A stretch of DNA of 64,000 nt from Hemiscyllium ocellatum (GCF_020745735.1 NC_083421.1:15649040-15713039), one strand, 5' to 3'. Shown: positions 13,251 to 25,403, numbered from the stretch's first letter. The notes: generated by a model from the letters alone, not told the origin. A program made the numbers and translations.

Positions 13251-15493
13251 CCCCCCGCCCCGCCCCCCCCCCCGCCGCCCAACAGTGTCTTGATTTCACA
13301 CGGAGAGAAGCGAATTCCCTGCTGACAGGTATCTGTGATATTGGTGATCTATGGAAGATGCCGAGATGGATCAGACAATTGGCACTTCTGGCTGAAGATT
13401 GTTGCGAATGCTTCAGCCTTAACGTTTGCGCTGATGTGTTGTGCTCTCCAACGCAGAGCAAGGGAATAACTGTGCAGCTTATTCCTTCAATGAGTTGTTT
13501 AATTATCAACTTTAATTCATGTGGCAGCACTGTGGGCTCAGACCCTTGTTTCTTGAATTAATGGTCTAGCCTCAATATCTCCAGACGATAACTCCAACCC
13601 CCACTCCATAATGTGGATATTCACAACAGAAGATTGCTTATCCTTTGTATTTTGTGGATTCCAACAATGCATCGTATATTCGCTTAAATTGTTAGTCTCG
13701 AAAATGTTTTACTTCAAGACTTTAGGATATAATGTTCTGTTTTCAATTCTTCTCTACGACAGGCAAGGACATCGATGTCACATTGGCTTTCCTCCTCACT
13801 AATTGTAAAACCAAACATTTTTCACCTCATCTTTGAACTTACTGATCAAAATTGCTACATTCTTGACTAGATCGTTCATATACGCTGCAAACAGCAAAGG
13901 ATCCAGCGGCAATTCATATAGTAAGGCACTCGACACAAGATGTGTTCACAGTGACTACCTTCGACCATTACCTTCTGCCAAAAAAATAAAGCTTCGATGC
14001 ATTTGCCAAACTGCACCAGATCCCATGAACCCTTACCATATTGAAGAGGCAAGATCTGGTCAAAAACCTGATTGAAGTCAAGAAGCATTACATACACTTT
14101 TTACATCTGATGACAAATCTCATTGCCTCTCCGGAAAACAGAATCAACCACTTCCGATATGAGGTAAAACCAATGACTGCAGATGCTGGAAACCAGATTC
14201 TGGATTAGTGGTGGTGGAAGAGCACGCACCACTTCCGATATGATATCACTTCCACCGAAGCCGTGCTGAATTCTATTGCTTAAACCTTACAATTCCAACT
14301 TTCAATGAATGTTGTCTCTTCGATTTACTAATTAACTTCCCTCAAGCTTTCTACTTTTCAACATAGGTTTATGAGTGAAACTACATATTGTTATTTAGCT
14401 CCTCTCACCCGATGGTAACTCTTCTTATCTCTCGGACAGATAATTTACTCTAGCTGAAATTATCTTGTGTCTCTTCTGTTTCATTCTGGAAAATCGGAAT
14501 GGAATGAGACCAACAGCAATCTATCCGTTTGTCCTTGACACTGTCAGTGTGTGTTTACCCTCAGAGGTAGGAAGACTGTTTGTGCTGACAATACAGAAAG
14601 TAGCGCCTGGTGTACGATTCTCAGCTGGCGCGCAACTTGCTGTTTCTATGTGCCAGCAGCAAGCCACACATCTCACTTCTGATCAGGAAATAAACCCAGG
14701 GAACGCAATCTGCTGGAAATATCTGCCAATGTGGCCTATATCAGGATAAAGAGTGTGAAGTGATCACATTGAAGTGACATTTGCAAATCGACTTTTCGAT
14801 CTCTGTTTCACGGTCTGATTCCAGGACATCATTGGACAAATCTCTCGACCATCTAACAAGCTCATTCGATTCACTAACGTCTGGAGCACATCGACATGCA
14901 CCTATTCATGTCTTTGATCTTGTACTACTTGTTACTCTCTTTAGATTTAATGTTCCCAGTTTTTGATTCTGTGTTCTGTATCCATCACCTTCCCTGCCGA
15001 ATACATTCTGTTTGATCTATTTCCTAAATTTTGATAAACTAAACAAATAATACCGTTTTGTACAGACAGATATGTCGGTGTGTCAGATTAACAGAATCAA
15101 TATATGGAGAGATCACCTTGGCAGTATCTAACTCTGACCGACATTGAATTCAATTAAATCACAGCTTTGTATGGTTTCAAACTTTGCAAATCCTCTCTCT
15201 TTGAAAGAGCTTGTTCTAACGGTTAATTCTTTTCTTGATTATTTTAGAAACTATGACTAAAAATCATTATTTTTAACAAAGTTTCAAATATTATTAAAAG
15301 TTGCAGCACTGGCATTTCCTACAGTGAGCTTTGTGGTGTTTAAATGTTTTGGTCAGAAAGAAGACTGAAACATTGGTTTCTCTGAGTTCCCAGCCATTGC
15401 CCTTGTAGTTCCATAATAACTGCAAGCTATTGATAAGCCCCAGAATGAACAGAATGTCCAGGCCCTGTACACATCCAAACGCTATGATGTAGG

Positions 15494-16610
15494 CCTCGAA
15501 GCCCTCCGTTTCTCTTGTCATGCCAACCCAAGCAGTACATTTTCAACCTCAACTACATTTCCTTTCAATCCTCCCACTTCCTCCAAACCAAAGGGGTAGC
15601 CATGGACACCTGTATGGACCCCAGCTATGCCTGCCTCTTAGTCAGATATGTGGAACAGTCAATCTTCCACAGCTGCACTGGTATCATTGCCCACCTTTAG
15701 CACCGCTACATTGATGGCTGCATCAACGTCACCTCATGCTACCACTAGAAGGTTGAACAGTTCATCAAATTTACTAAAACCTTCCACCCTGACCTAAACT
15801 TCACAGGGACCATCTCAGACACCTCCCTCCGTTTCTTAGACCTCTCCATCTCTATCTCCAGTGACCAACTAAACATTTACTACAAGCCCACTGACTCTCA
15901 CAGCTACCTGGACTGCACTCCTCCACCCGACCTCCTGTAAAAATGCCATCCCTTATTGTCAATTCCTCTGCCTCCACCGCACCTGCATCCAGGAGGACCA
16001 GTTCCACCATAAAACATCCCAGATAACCTCTTTTTTCAAAGACTGCAGTTTCCCCTCCCACTTCGTCAAAGATGCCCTTAAACTCCATTCCTCCAATCGC
16101 AACAGGGAGCCCTCCTGGTCCTCAACTTCCAACGCACCAACCTCGCATACATCATATCATCCTCCGCTGCTTCTACCACCTATAAACAGACCCCATCACT
16201 CGGGGAATATTTCCCTCACTACCCCATCTGCATTCCGGAGACACCATTCCCTCTGCGACTCCCTTGTCAGGTCCACGCCACTCCCCCCACCCCCCCACAC
16301 ACCCCCAACAGCCCACTCCTCACCCCTGTCACCTTCCGGTGCCACCACAGGAAGTGCAAAACCTGCGCCCACACATTCCCCCCTCACCTCCACAAAGGCC
16401 CCAAATGATCCTTCCAGATCCCAGAGAAATTTATCTACACTTCCACAAATGTCATCCATTGTGTCTGTTCCACCTGATGTGGTCTCCTCTATATCAGGAG
16501 ACAGGACACTAACTTGCTGATCATTTCAGAGAAAATCTCAGAGACACCCGTGCCCCGTGGCTGAACACTATAACTCCCTCTCCCACTCCACCAAGAACAG
16601 GCCGGTCATA
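15494..16610 (+). mobile_element. Decayed PLE of a second lineage (RT + GIY-YIG remnants)
   Basis: QTKGVAMDTCMDPSYACLLVRYVEQ, RYIDG, and C-terminal CHHRKCKTC and CGLLYI remnants. Multiple stops and frameshifts. Confidence 0.8.
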
Positions 16611-16770
16611 TTCTGTTCATTTCCAATGAATAAATACAAAATAACTGAGCCTGAATTTGGGATGATATTAACAGGATTTATTTTGATCTAAGCATGATCA
16701 GATTATTTTGACATAACAGGTGGTTGTGAGTTTCATGTTACATCAAATTGTGAAGTTGTGCACTGTATGT

Positions 16771-18865
16771 TAATGTCTTAGTTAAAAATTTAAAGCAATC
16801 TCAGCTCCAAACATTTACCAAATATCACTGTGGATATTCTTTGAATCCAAAAAAATAGTCCCTTTGATCAATGATTTCTAAAATTTGCTCCCATATCTGT
16901 TGTGAAGGATGTTTTCAAATAACTTGAAGTGCAAATGGTTCACATTAGTCGGAATACCCCACACAAAAAGAAATCAAGCAAGTTTGTTGTCACGAGTTGC
17001 TCTAAGCAAGTCTATGATTGACTGTTTATCAAACAAAATCATTTCCAATGTTGTGAGGGCTTGTTTAACTTCTGTGCAATGCCTTGAATTTTGAGTCTGA
17101 CTGCAGATGTAACTGGCTGCTCTGGGTAAAAGTACAATTTGTGCCTTTCAAAATTGTTAATGTATATTGCTGATTTTACTTGAATAAATTGATGTTGTCC
17201 CAGGCATCGTCTGGCACCATTAATTAGACCATTAATTTCCACATCACTAGCCAAACTATCAGGTGGAGTTTATTGGTATGTGATATTTTTGAAACGAAAG
17301 CTTCGTACATTCCCAGTATGAATCATGTCATTTAGAGCTATTCACCTTTCCACTCATGGCTTTATAAACTTATATGAGGTCAACCCCCCCCCCCTAAATC
17401 TCACCCTCCAGTTAAAAAAGTTCCAGTCTATCTGGATTTCCAACGGTGGTTCTGTTCCCTCACATTCTGCTGTTAAAGATCCTACTGCCACCCCAAGTCC
17501 ACAGACAGTGTCCCTTGATACTAGTTCAAAGAAAGGAAAGCAAGTTGTCCCACCATATTGTTCAATTTTAGTTGGCTTCAAACACCATATTAAAGAAATG
17601 TTCATGTCATTGCTGATTTATGGGAGAATGCCGTGTACACAGTATCTGCTGAAATACCTGCAGTACCACCCTGAATCTGGTTCGCAGGTTCATCTGTTGT
17701 TCACAAACGCAACCAGACATCAGGGAATAGTGAAAATCGCCCACCCCCACCCCTCCACCCTTCCCCTCTGTACTTTCCACTTTGTAAAATCCGTGTTGTC
17801 AATAATCAGTTAAAATAAAGTTTTTTAAAACTTTCTTAATTTGTGTTGCTGATCTTGGCTGAATAAAGGTATGTTGCTGTCAGCATTTCTTGGGAATATG
17901 TCTCCATTTTTTTCATGTCAGTTTATAATGATATTAAGTCAAGAATAGTCAAAATGTCCTGAGAAACAACGTTTAGAATTGGGCCTATTAGCTCCTCGGG
18001 GCTGTACCAATTGTTTGAACATTGATACAGTTCTGCCCCCACTTTTTCCCCATAAGCCAGGATTTACAGCATTGGAGATCATATCTATGTTGATAATGGA
18101 TTAGAAATGTTCCCGAATGTTTACAGTGCTATCACCTGCAGGGTTATGGACAACATGCTATAAATTGGGTGTTGGCTGGAAGCCTCTGTCTTCACGTGAT
18201 ACAGGTACGATGGGCGAAGTGATCTCTGTCTGTCGGGAAAACTTGCTACTATTCTAAATTCATCTTTCCTACTTTGTCTCGTTCAGAGGCTCTAATTCAC
18301 ATGAATCATACCGGAAATATTCCAAGCATTCGTTCCCACGAGATCAATACATTCCACCTGATAGTCTGGCTAGTGATGTGGAAATTAATGGTCTAATCAA
18401 TGGTGCCAGACGATGCCTGGGACAACATCACTTTATTCAAGTAGAATCAGTAATGTACATTAACAATGTGAAAGGCACAAATTGTACTTTTACCCAGAGC
18501 AGCCAGTTACATCTGCAGTCAGACTCAAAATTCAAACCATTGCACAGAAGTTAGACGAGCGCTCATAACATTGGAAATGTCTTTGTTTGATAAAAGAATC
18601 CATCATAGACTTCCTCAGAGCAATTCGTGTCAACAAACTTGCTTGTTTTTTTTTGTGTGGGGTAACACACGAAATGTTACTTTAATCTGATTGATGTGAA
18701 CCATTTGCACTTCAGAAGTTATTGGAAAATGTCCTTCACCACAGATATGCGAGTAAATTTTAGAAATCATTGATCAAAGGGGGCAATCGTTTTTGGACTC
18801 AAGGAAGATCCATATTTTGTAAATGTTTGGAGCTGTGATTGTTTTCAATTTTTGAACGAGACATT
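16771..18865. repeat. Long inverted repeat pair (arms ~16771-17340 and ~18288-18865, ~950-bp spacer)
   Basis: For example, 17085-17262 is the near-identical reverse complement of 18358-18535. Confidence 0.92.
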
Positions 18866-19642
18866 GCCGTATTTTCCCTATGGTGGGGGATTTCAACAAG
18901 AGGGAACATGATTTTACAAGGAGAAGAGAAAAATTTTGAAAAATATATCAGAGACAACTTTTTACACAGAGAATGGGTTGTGTGTGGGATGATTTGGTGG
19001 TGGATACTTAGAACCTTTAGAAGACATTTGGATAAGTAAATGAATATCAGATGTTTGGAAGGATATGGGCCAAGTACACACAGGTGCGATTAGTGTAGTT
19101 TAGGAATATGACTGGCATGGACTGGTTGGACCGAAGTGTCTGTAACCATGCTGTATCACCCCATGACTCTGTAACTATTTATCATTTTTTTCACAATATT
19201 AAGTAGTGCTGTAGTGATCCTTGAATAAACTGTTGATGTTCAGGTTGTGTCTGAGACTCTGCGAATATTTCCTTCAATGAGAGGAGGGACTAGTTCTCCA
19301 GGTTACAAAACTGAAAAATAAACTTTTCTCCAGCATTGTTGCTGAGTAGATTTTTTTTCTGCAGAGGCAGTGGTTATGGTTTGCAGTTTGCTTTCCACCA
19401 ACTGATCAACAGTGAGACAACATATCTTTTATCCACTGCAGAAACTCCACTTGCTTCCAGTAAAAGAACCTGGAAACTCAAGGACCTTTTCTACAGTCAG
19501 CTTAATTGCTGCCAACTATTGTATCTGGCCGATTAAAGGGAAAATGAATCAACTAAAGTAAAATCTACCAAACAAACTATACTTTCCCATTTACTCACAA
19601 TGGATATATTTCACTTGGCATTTCTTCTTTAAAAAGGAAAGT

Positions 19643-22600
19643 TGTTGTGGTTCTGTTCGCTGAGCTGGAAGTTTTTGTTGCAAACATTTCGTGCCCTGGC
19701 TAGGCGACATCATCAGTGCTCTGGAGCCTCCTGCGAAGCGCTTCTTTGATGTTTCTTCCGGTATTTATAGTGGTCTGTCCTTGCCGCTTCCGGGTGTCAG
19801 TTTTAGCTGTCCGCTGTAGTGGTTGGTATATTGGGTCCAGGTCGATGTGTTTGTTGATGGAGTTTGTGGATGAATGCCATGCCTCTAGGAATTCCCTGGC
19901 TGTTCTTTGTCTGTCTTGCCCTATGATAGTAGTGTTTTCCCAGTCGAATTCATGTTGCTTGTTGTCTGAGTGTGTGGCTACTAGGGATAGCTGGTCGTGT
20001 GATTTCGTGGCTAGTTGCTGTTCATGTATGCGGATTGTTAGCTGTCTTCCTGGTTGTCCTATATAGTGTTTTGTGCAGTCCTTGCATGGTATTTTGTAAA
20101 CTACATTAGTTTTGCTCATATTGGATATCGGCTCCTTTGTTCTAGTAAGTTGTTGTCTGAGCGTGGCTGTTGGTTTGTCTGCCGTTATGAGTCCTAGGGG
20201 TCGCAGTAGTCTGGCTGTCAGTTCTGAAACGCTCCTGATGTATGGTAGTGTGGCTAGTCCTTTTGGTTGTGGCATGTCCTCGTTCGGTGGTCTATCTCTT
20301 AGGCATCTGTTGATAAAGTTGCGCAGGTATCCGTTTTTGGCGAATACCTTGTATAGGTGTTCCTCTTCCTCTTTTCGCAGTTCTGGTGTACTGCAGTGTG
20401 TTGTGGCTTTTTTGAATAGTGTCCTGATGCAGCTTCGTTTGTGTGTGTTGGGGTGGTTACTTTCATAGTTTAGGACTTGGTCTGTGTGTGTTGTTTTCCT
20501 GTGTACCCTTGTGGTGAATTCTCCGTTCGGTGTTCTCTGTACTATCACGTCTAGGAATGGGAGTTGGCTATCCTTTTCTTCTTCTCTCGTGAATCGGATT
20601 CCTGTGAGTGTGGCGTTGATGATCCGGTGTGTTTTTTCTATTTCCGTGTTTTTGATGATTATAAACGTGTCATCGACATATCTGACCCAGAGTTTGGGTT
20701 GAATTTGTGACAGGACTGTTTGTTCTAACCTTTGCATAACTGCCTCTGCTATGAGTCCCGAGATTGGTGATCCCATGGGTGTTCCGTTGATTTGTTCGTA
20801 TATCTGATTATTGAATGTAAATTGTGTAGTGAGGCTCAAGTCCAGTAGTTTAAGTATGCCGTCTTTGTTGATAGGTTCCGCCTCCTGTATTCTGTTCTGT
20901 ATGTCTAGTAGGTTGGCTATTGTTTCTCTGGCTAGGGTTTTGTCAATCAAAGTGAACAGTGCCGTCACGTCGAATGAGATCATGGTTTCTTCTTTGTCTA
21001 TGTGTGTATTCCTGATTGCGTCCAAGAATTCCTGTGTTGATTGTATGGAGTGTTTGGTTCCGCTGACGAGGTGTTTCAGTTTCTGTTCTAGTTCTTTGGC
21101 CAGTTTGTATGCTGGTGTCCCTGGTAGTGATACTATGGGTCTGAGTGGGATGTCTTGTTTGTGTACTTTGGGTAGTCCATAGAATCTGGGGGTGTTGTTG
21201 CTTTCAGGTTTCATTCTTTGTAGGTCAGCTTTGGTTATCTGTCCTTTTTTTTGTAGATTCCTTAGTGTGCTATTTATTCTATTGGTGAGTTGTGGTGTGG
21301 GGTCAGAACCCTTCATTTGGTAGGTGTTGGTATCTGCGAGTAGGTTGTGCTTTTTTGATGTAATCTGATTTATCTAGGATGACCGTCATTCTGCCTTTAT
21401 CTGCTGGTAGTTTGATTATGTTATTATCGTTTCTTAGTGCTTTCAGTGCTTCCCTCTCCTTGGTGTTAAGGTTATGTGTTTGTCTTTTTCTTATCATCAT
21501 AGGTACGACCGTTGTCTCACTGTTTGTTGTGTCTCTTCTGTCAGTCCATTGTTCCTGATGTGTGCATTCTAGTGCTGCTAGGAAGTCTGCTGTCTTGGCA
21601 TCCCTGTGGTTGTAGTTGAGTCCCTTGGCCAGTATAGTTCTTTCCATGTCTGTGAGCTGTCTGTGGGAGAGGTTTTTAACCCAGGTGTGTGTTGTAGTGT
21701 CCTCTTTTTTGTGTGTTCGTTTGGCCATTTTTTCTTTTAGTGCCGTTTTTTTGCGGTGTGTTGTCCTGTTCTGTCCTATAGTGACAGCCTGCTCTATGGT
21801 TCGGGTCCATTTATGATTAGTGGTTTTTGAAATTAACGACTTTTGGCGCGCAATTTCTTGTTTGTATTTGTGCAGTCGGTTGTGAGCGTCTGTGATCATT
21901 ACCTGTATCATCCTGAATCCATTCTGCTTGGCTGTTTCCCTGGCTTGTGGATTATTGACTGGTGGTCTGTACCTGACACGTTGTGGAAGGATTTGATTCT
22001 TTCGGCATTCGTGTAGGAACCGGAGTTGTTCATATGTGGCGCTTAGGCGGTTAGCGCAGGATTCCCATTTCCTGGCTTGTCTCAACGTCTCTCGCCCGTA
22101 AGTGTTCAAGGTTTGTGCGAAGATTTGTAGCTCGGGTGCTCGTTGTTGTGGTTCTGTTCGCCGAGCTGGAAGTTTTTGTTGCAAACGTTTCGTCCCCTGG
22201 CTAGGCGACATCATTAGTGCTCTGCAGCCTCCTGCGAAGCACTTCTTTGATGTTTCTTCCGGTATTTATAGTGGTCTGTCCTTGCCGCTTCCGGGTGTCA
22301 GTTTCAGCTGTCCGCTGTAGTGGTTGGTATATTTATCAACAGATGCCTAAGAGATAGACCACGGAACGAGGACATGCCACAACCAAAAGGACTAGCCACA
22401 CTACCATACATCAGGAGCGTTTCAGAACTGACAGCCAGACTACTGCGACCCTTAGGACTCATAACGGCAGACAAACCAACAACCACGCTCAGACAACAAC
22501 TCACCAGGACAACGGACCCGATACCCAACATGAGCAAAACTAATGTAGTTTACAAAATACCATGCAAGGACTGCACAAAACACTATATAGGACAAACAGG

Positions 22601-23034
22601 AAGACAACTAACAATCCGCATACATGAACATCAACTAGCCACGAAACGACACGACCGGCTATCCCTAGTAGCCACACACTCAGACAACAAGCAACATGAA
22701 TTCGACTGGGAAAACACTACTATCATAGGGCAAGCCAGACAGAGAACAGCCAGGGAATTCCTAGAGGCATGGTATTCATCCACAAACTCCATCAACAAAC
22801 ACATCGACCTGGACCCAATATACCAACCACTACAGCGGACAGCTGAAACTGACACCCGGAAGCGGCAAGGACAGACCACTATAAATACCGGAAGAAACAT
22901 CAAAGAAGCGCTTCGCAGGAGGCTCCAGAGCACCGATGATGTCGCCTAGCCAGGGGACGGAACGTTTGCAACAAAAACTTCCAGCTCGGTGAACAGAACC
23001 ACAACAACGAGTACCGAGCTACAAATCTTCGCAC
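19643..23034 (-). mobile_element. Penelope-like retroelement, near complete, with direct terminal repeats and an inverted 3' fragment, flanked by a TSD
   Basis: RT plus GIY-YIG ORF on the - strand. 19643-19831 repeats at 22142-22332. A + strand copy of the 3' end lies at 22332-23034. AAAAAGGAAAGT occurs at 19631-19642 and 23035-23046. Confidence 0.93.
19700..22214 (-). pseudogene. PLE polyprotein (RT + GIY-YIG endonuclease), frameshifted
   Basis: ORFs 21303-22214 and 19700-21316 overlap in different frames. Motifs FYGLPKVHK, LRPIVS, GTPMGSPIS, RYVDD, SNHP, VVYKIPCKDC-HYIGQ. Confidence 0.92.
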
Positions 23035-23891
23035 AAAAAGGAAAGTCACTGAATACAGCATTCACTGTATGTCTATCAGAAAACAGGACATTGAATGCAG
23101 TGACATTCTAGTTAGTTCAACCTGTTTATTGAGTATCTTTAAAGCTCCTGAATATGAAGTTAATTGATCCATAATCCCACATTGCAGTCACATTTGTTAT
23201 CATCTCAAAGTAAATTAATAAACTTGAATTGGTTCAAACTCACATCACTTGTTGCACCATTTTCTGATTCATGCATCTCATTAAAACTGAGTGGGCCCTT
23301 GATACATGGTTTATACTGGGGTAGTATAACCGCGAATTTTTGCTGATTTTTATGAGTTAACCCCCTTGTCAGAGCTATCAGTGAGCAGAGCAATGTACTG
23401 TTTATGACCTACATCCATAGTAATGATTATTGTAATACTCTCTAATTTAACCAAACACTCCTGATGTACCCAGACAGTTACCTGCAATGGTTTAGATGTT
23501 GAGGATTAAATAAACAACTTATGGACTGTCCTGTTCTAGTTCGTTAGATGCTCATTCAAAAGTTTATCTAGGTGTTATGTATCACTATCAACTCACTTTT
23601 TGTTTCTCAGGCACACAGCTTTCCTTTACTGTGCATTTTAGTGTCAGGGCAATTTGAAAAAAATAGATGCAAGGAGAGACACTCTGGAGAAGATACTTCT
23701 AATCTCCGGGTCCAAACTGTTTAGTGACATACACTCACATTCTGAACATCATCCCTTCAGACATGCTCCACATTATGTTGGCTAAATTGAATTTAGAAAC
23801 GCAGATTAGAAATGGTATTTTTTTTGTAATGTGAGAGAGACAATGAGTGACAGCAAAAATAAAGTAACTCATTTTGTATTATTGAAGTTCT

Positions 23892-24185
23892 TTTTAGCTT
23901 TATCTGCTTGTGGTTGAATGTAGGATTAAAGGGAGTTAACTTCTAATTGAATATTCTAAATATCATCACTTTGGACACGCTCTGTATTCAGTTGTCTGAA
24001 CTGAATTTTGAAACATTTAGTATGAATTATATGTTCTTTGATAGGGGGGGCAGAGACTTGCAGTGTCCGGGGGAAAAAAAAGCTGAATTGTTTTACTAGC
24101 TGGTAACATGTTTGAACTTTGATTTTAGTTTTATCTGCTTGTAAATGAATGTAGAGATAAAGGGAGCTAACTTCCAAATGATATT
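23892..24185. repeat. ~63-bp direct repeat upstream of the VH promoter
   Basis: TTTTAG(C/T)TTTATCTGCTTG...GAATGTAG...AAAGGGAG(T/C)TAACTTC at 23892 and 24123. Confidence 0.85.
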
Positions 24186-24437
24186 TTTTTAACGATCATG
24201 TGAAACAAACCTGAAGTTACTCAATTTTACTTCCACCGTTTAAAAAAAAAATCTTCCAAAGAAGCTATTCAGCAAAACAAATATCCCAAGATGTGTATAT
24301 GTCTAGTTTAAACATAACCTTATAAAAATACATGAACCCATGCGTTCGGGCTGTGTGAGCCAATACCAGGATCTAGTCTCAGCCTCCAGCAGGAAACCAA
24401 CAGGCGGAAGCTGTAAGTCTGTCCCTTCCAATGGCCA

Positions 24438-24444
24438 TATAAAT
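24438..24444 (+). promoter_or_regulatory. TATA box of VH promoter
   Basis: TATAAAT about 90 nt upstream of the leader ATG. GGAA (ETS-type) cores at 24390-24397 and 24403-24411. Confidence 0.6.
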
Positions 24445-24530
24445 CCTGGGCACTAGACCGTAATTCAACACTCCTGGGTCGGCTTTGTTTAGAAAGATCT
24501 TGACAGAACCGTTTCCCACAATTTATCAGA

Positions 24531-24579
24531 ATGATTGTGTCGACAATTTTTCTCAGTTTGTTACTGACTTTCTTATCAT
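24531..24579 (+). CDS. IGHV: VH leader exon
   Basis: [16 protein letters not shown] plus 1 nt, then donor GTGAGT at 24580 (phase 1). Confidence 0.9.
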
Positions 24580-24710
24580 GTGAGTGTTTTTTGTTCAAGT
24601 CTGTCTTTGTTACTGCCTCAATGCTAGTCTACCGCATGAATGTAAAAGACTCAGCCGTCATTTCATCAGCATTAATGCTCATCGTTTATTTGTTTTCTTT
24701 TTTAAACTCG

Positions 24711-25004
24711 GAGATTGTTTTGACTCAGCCAGAGGCAGAGACTGTCCAACCCGCACGCAGCCTGAAACTGACCTGTAAAACCAGCGGTTCCGATATCAGC
24801 AGCTGCAGCATGCATTGGGTCCGCCAGATTCCTGGACAGGGTCCGAAGTGGCTGCTGTACTACTATAATTCAAACAGCCATAACTATGCACCAGCGATTA
24901 AGGGTCGATTTACCGCATCCAAAGACACTTCAAACAACATTTTCGCGTTGTACATGGGGAACCTGAAGATCGAAGACACCGCCGTCCATTACTGTGCAAA
25001 ATAC
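24711..25004 (+). pseudogene. IGHV: VH segment (open frame, but defective acceptor and RSS)
   Basis: [10 protein letters not shown]...LTCKTSG...WVRQIPGQG...[22 protein letters not shown]...[10 protein letters not shown]. Both canonical Cys and the Trp are present. No AG in the expected position before the mature N-terminus. Confidence 0.92.
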
Positions 25005-25043
25005 CATGGCAAGAGGAACCAGGGCTGGACCCGTTCAAAAAAA
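25005..25043 (+). other. V 3' 23-RSS, degenerate
   Basis: Heptamer CATGGCA (consensus CACAGTG), 23-nt spacer 25012-25034, nonamer TCAAAAAAA. Confidence 0.8.
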
Positions 25044-25403
25044 GCTCGAGGGAACATTTTGTCAATTCCATCATAAACTGATGGTCAGTACGAGTTTTAA
25101 ATGCAATTATACCAACTGCGATCTGAAGCAGACCTCAGGCTGCCTCTTACAAAACTATCAAAGAGGAACTGTATCATTTAAACTAGCAAACTGGTGACAC
25201 AATGGGACAATGTTTTAGGCTTGTCGTGTGTACTGCTAACACTTCCCTCAATTAAATGCTTGGTCAAAATGTTAGTTTTAATATATCTGACAGCTCAGGA
25301 AATCACTGCTAATTGTTATGTCAACTATGGCATTCATTCTAAACATGATCAGTACTAAATGGCTCTTTCAAATGAAAGTTGAGACCTAGAGTAAAGAACA
25401 GAG

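Noticed and set aside
13250-13282. C-run forming a possible G-quadruplex on the minus strand
   Set aside because: A simple low-complexity tract inside a decayed retroelement.
13947-13986. CACAGTG with an A-rich nonamer-like CCAAAAAAA
   Set aside because: Spacer is 24 nt, it lies in a degraded RT remnant, and there is no adjacent V/D/J. CACAGTG at 44943 and 61713 has no nonamer.
18360-18420. GLINGAR resembling the Pif1/Helitron helicase GLVNGA motif
   Set aside because: One short motif with no other helicase motifs nearby. Not supportable without a search.
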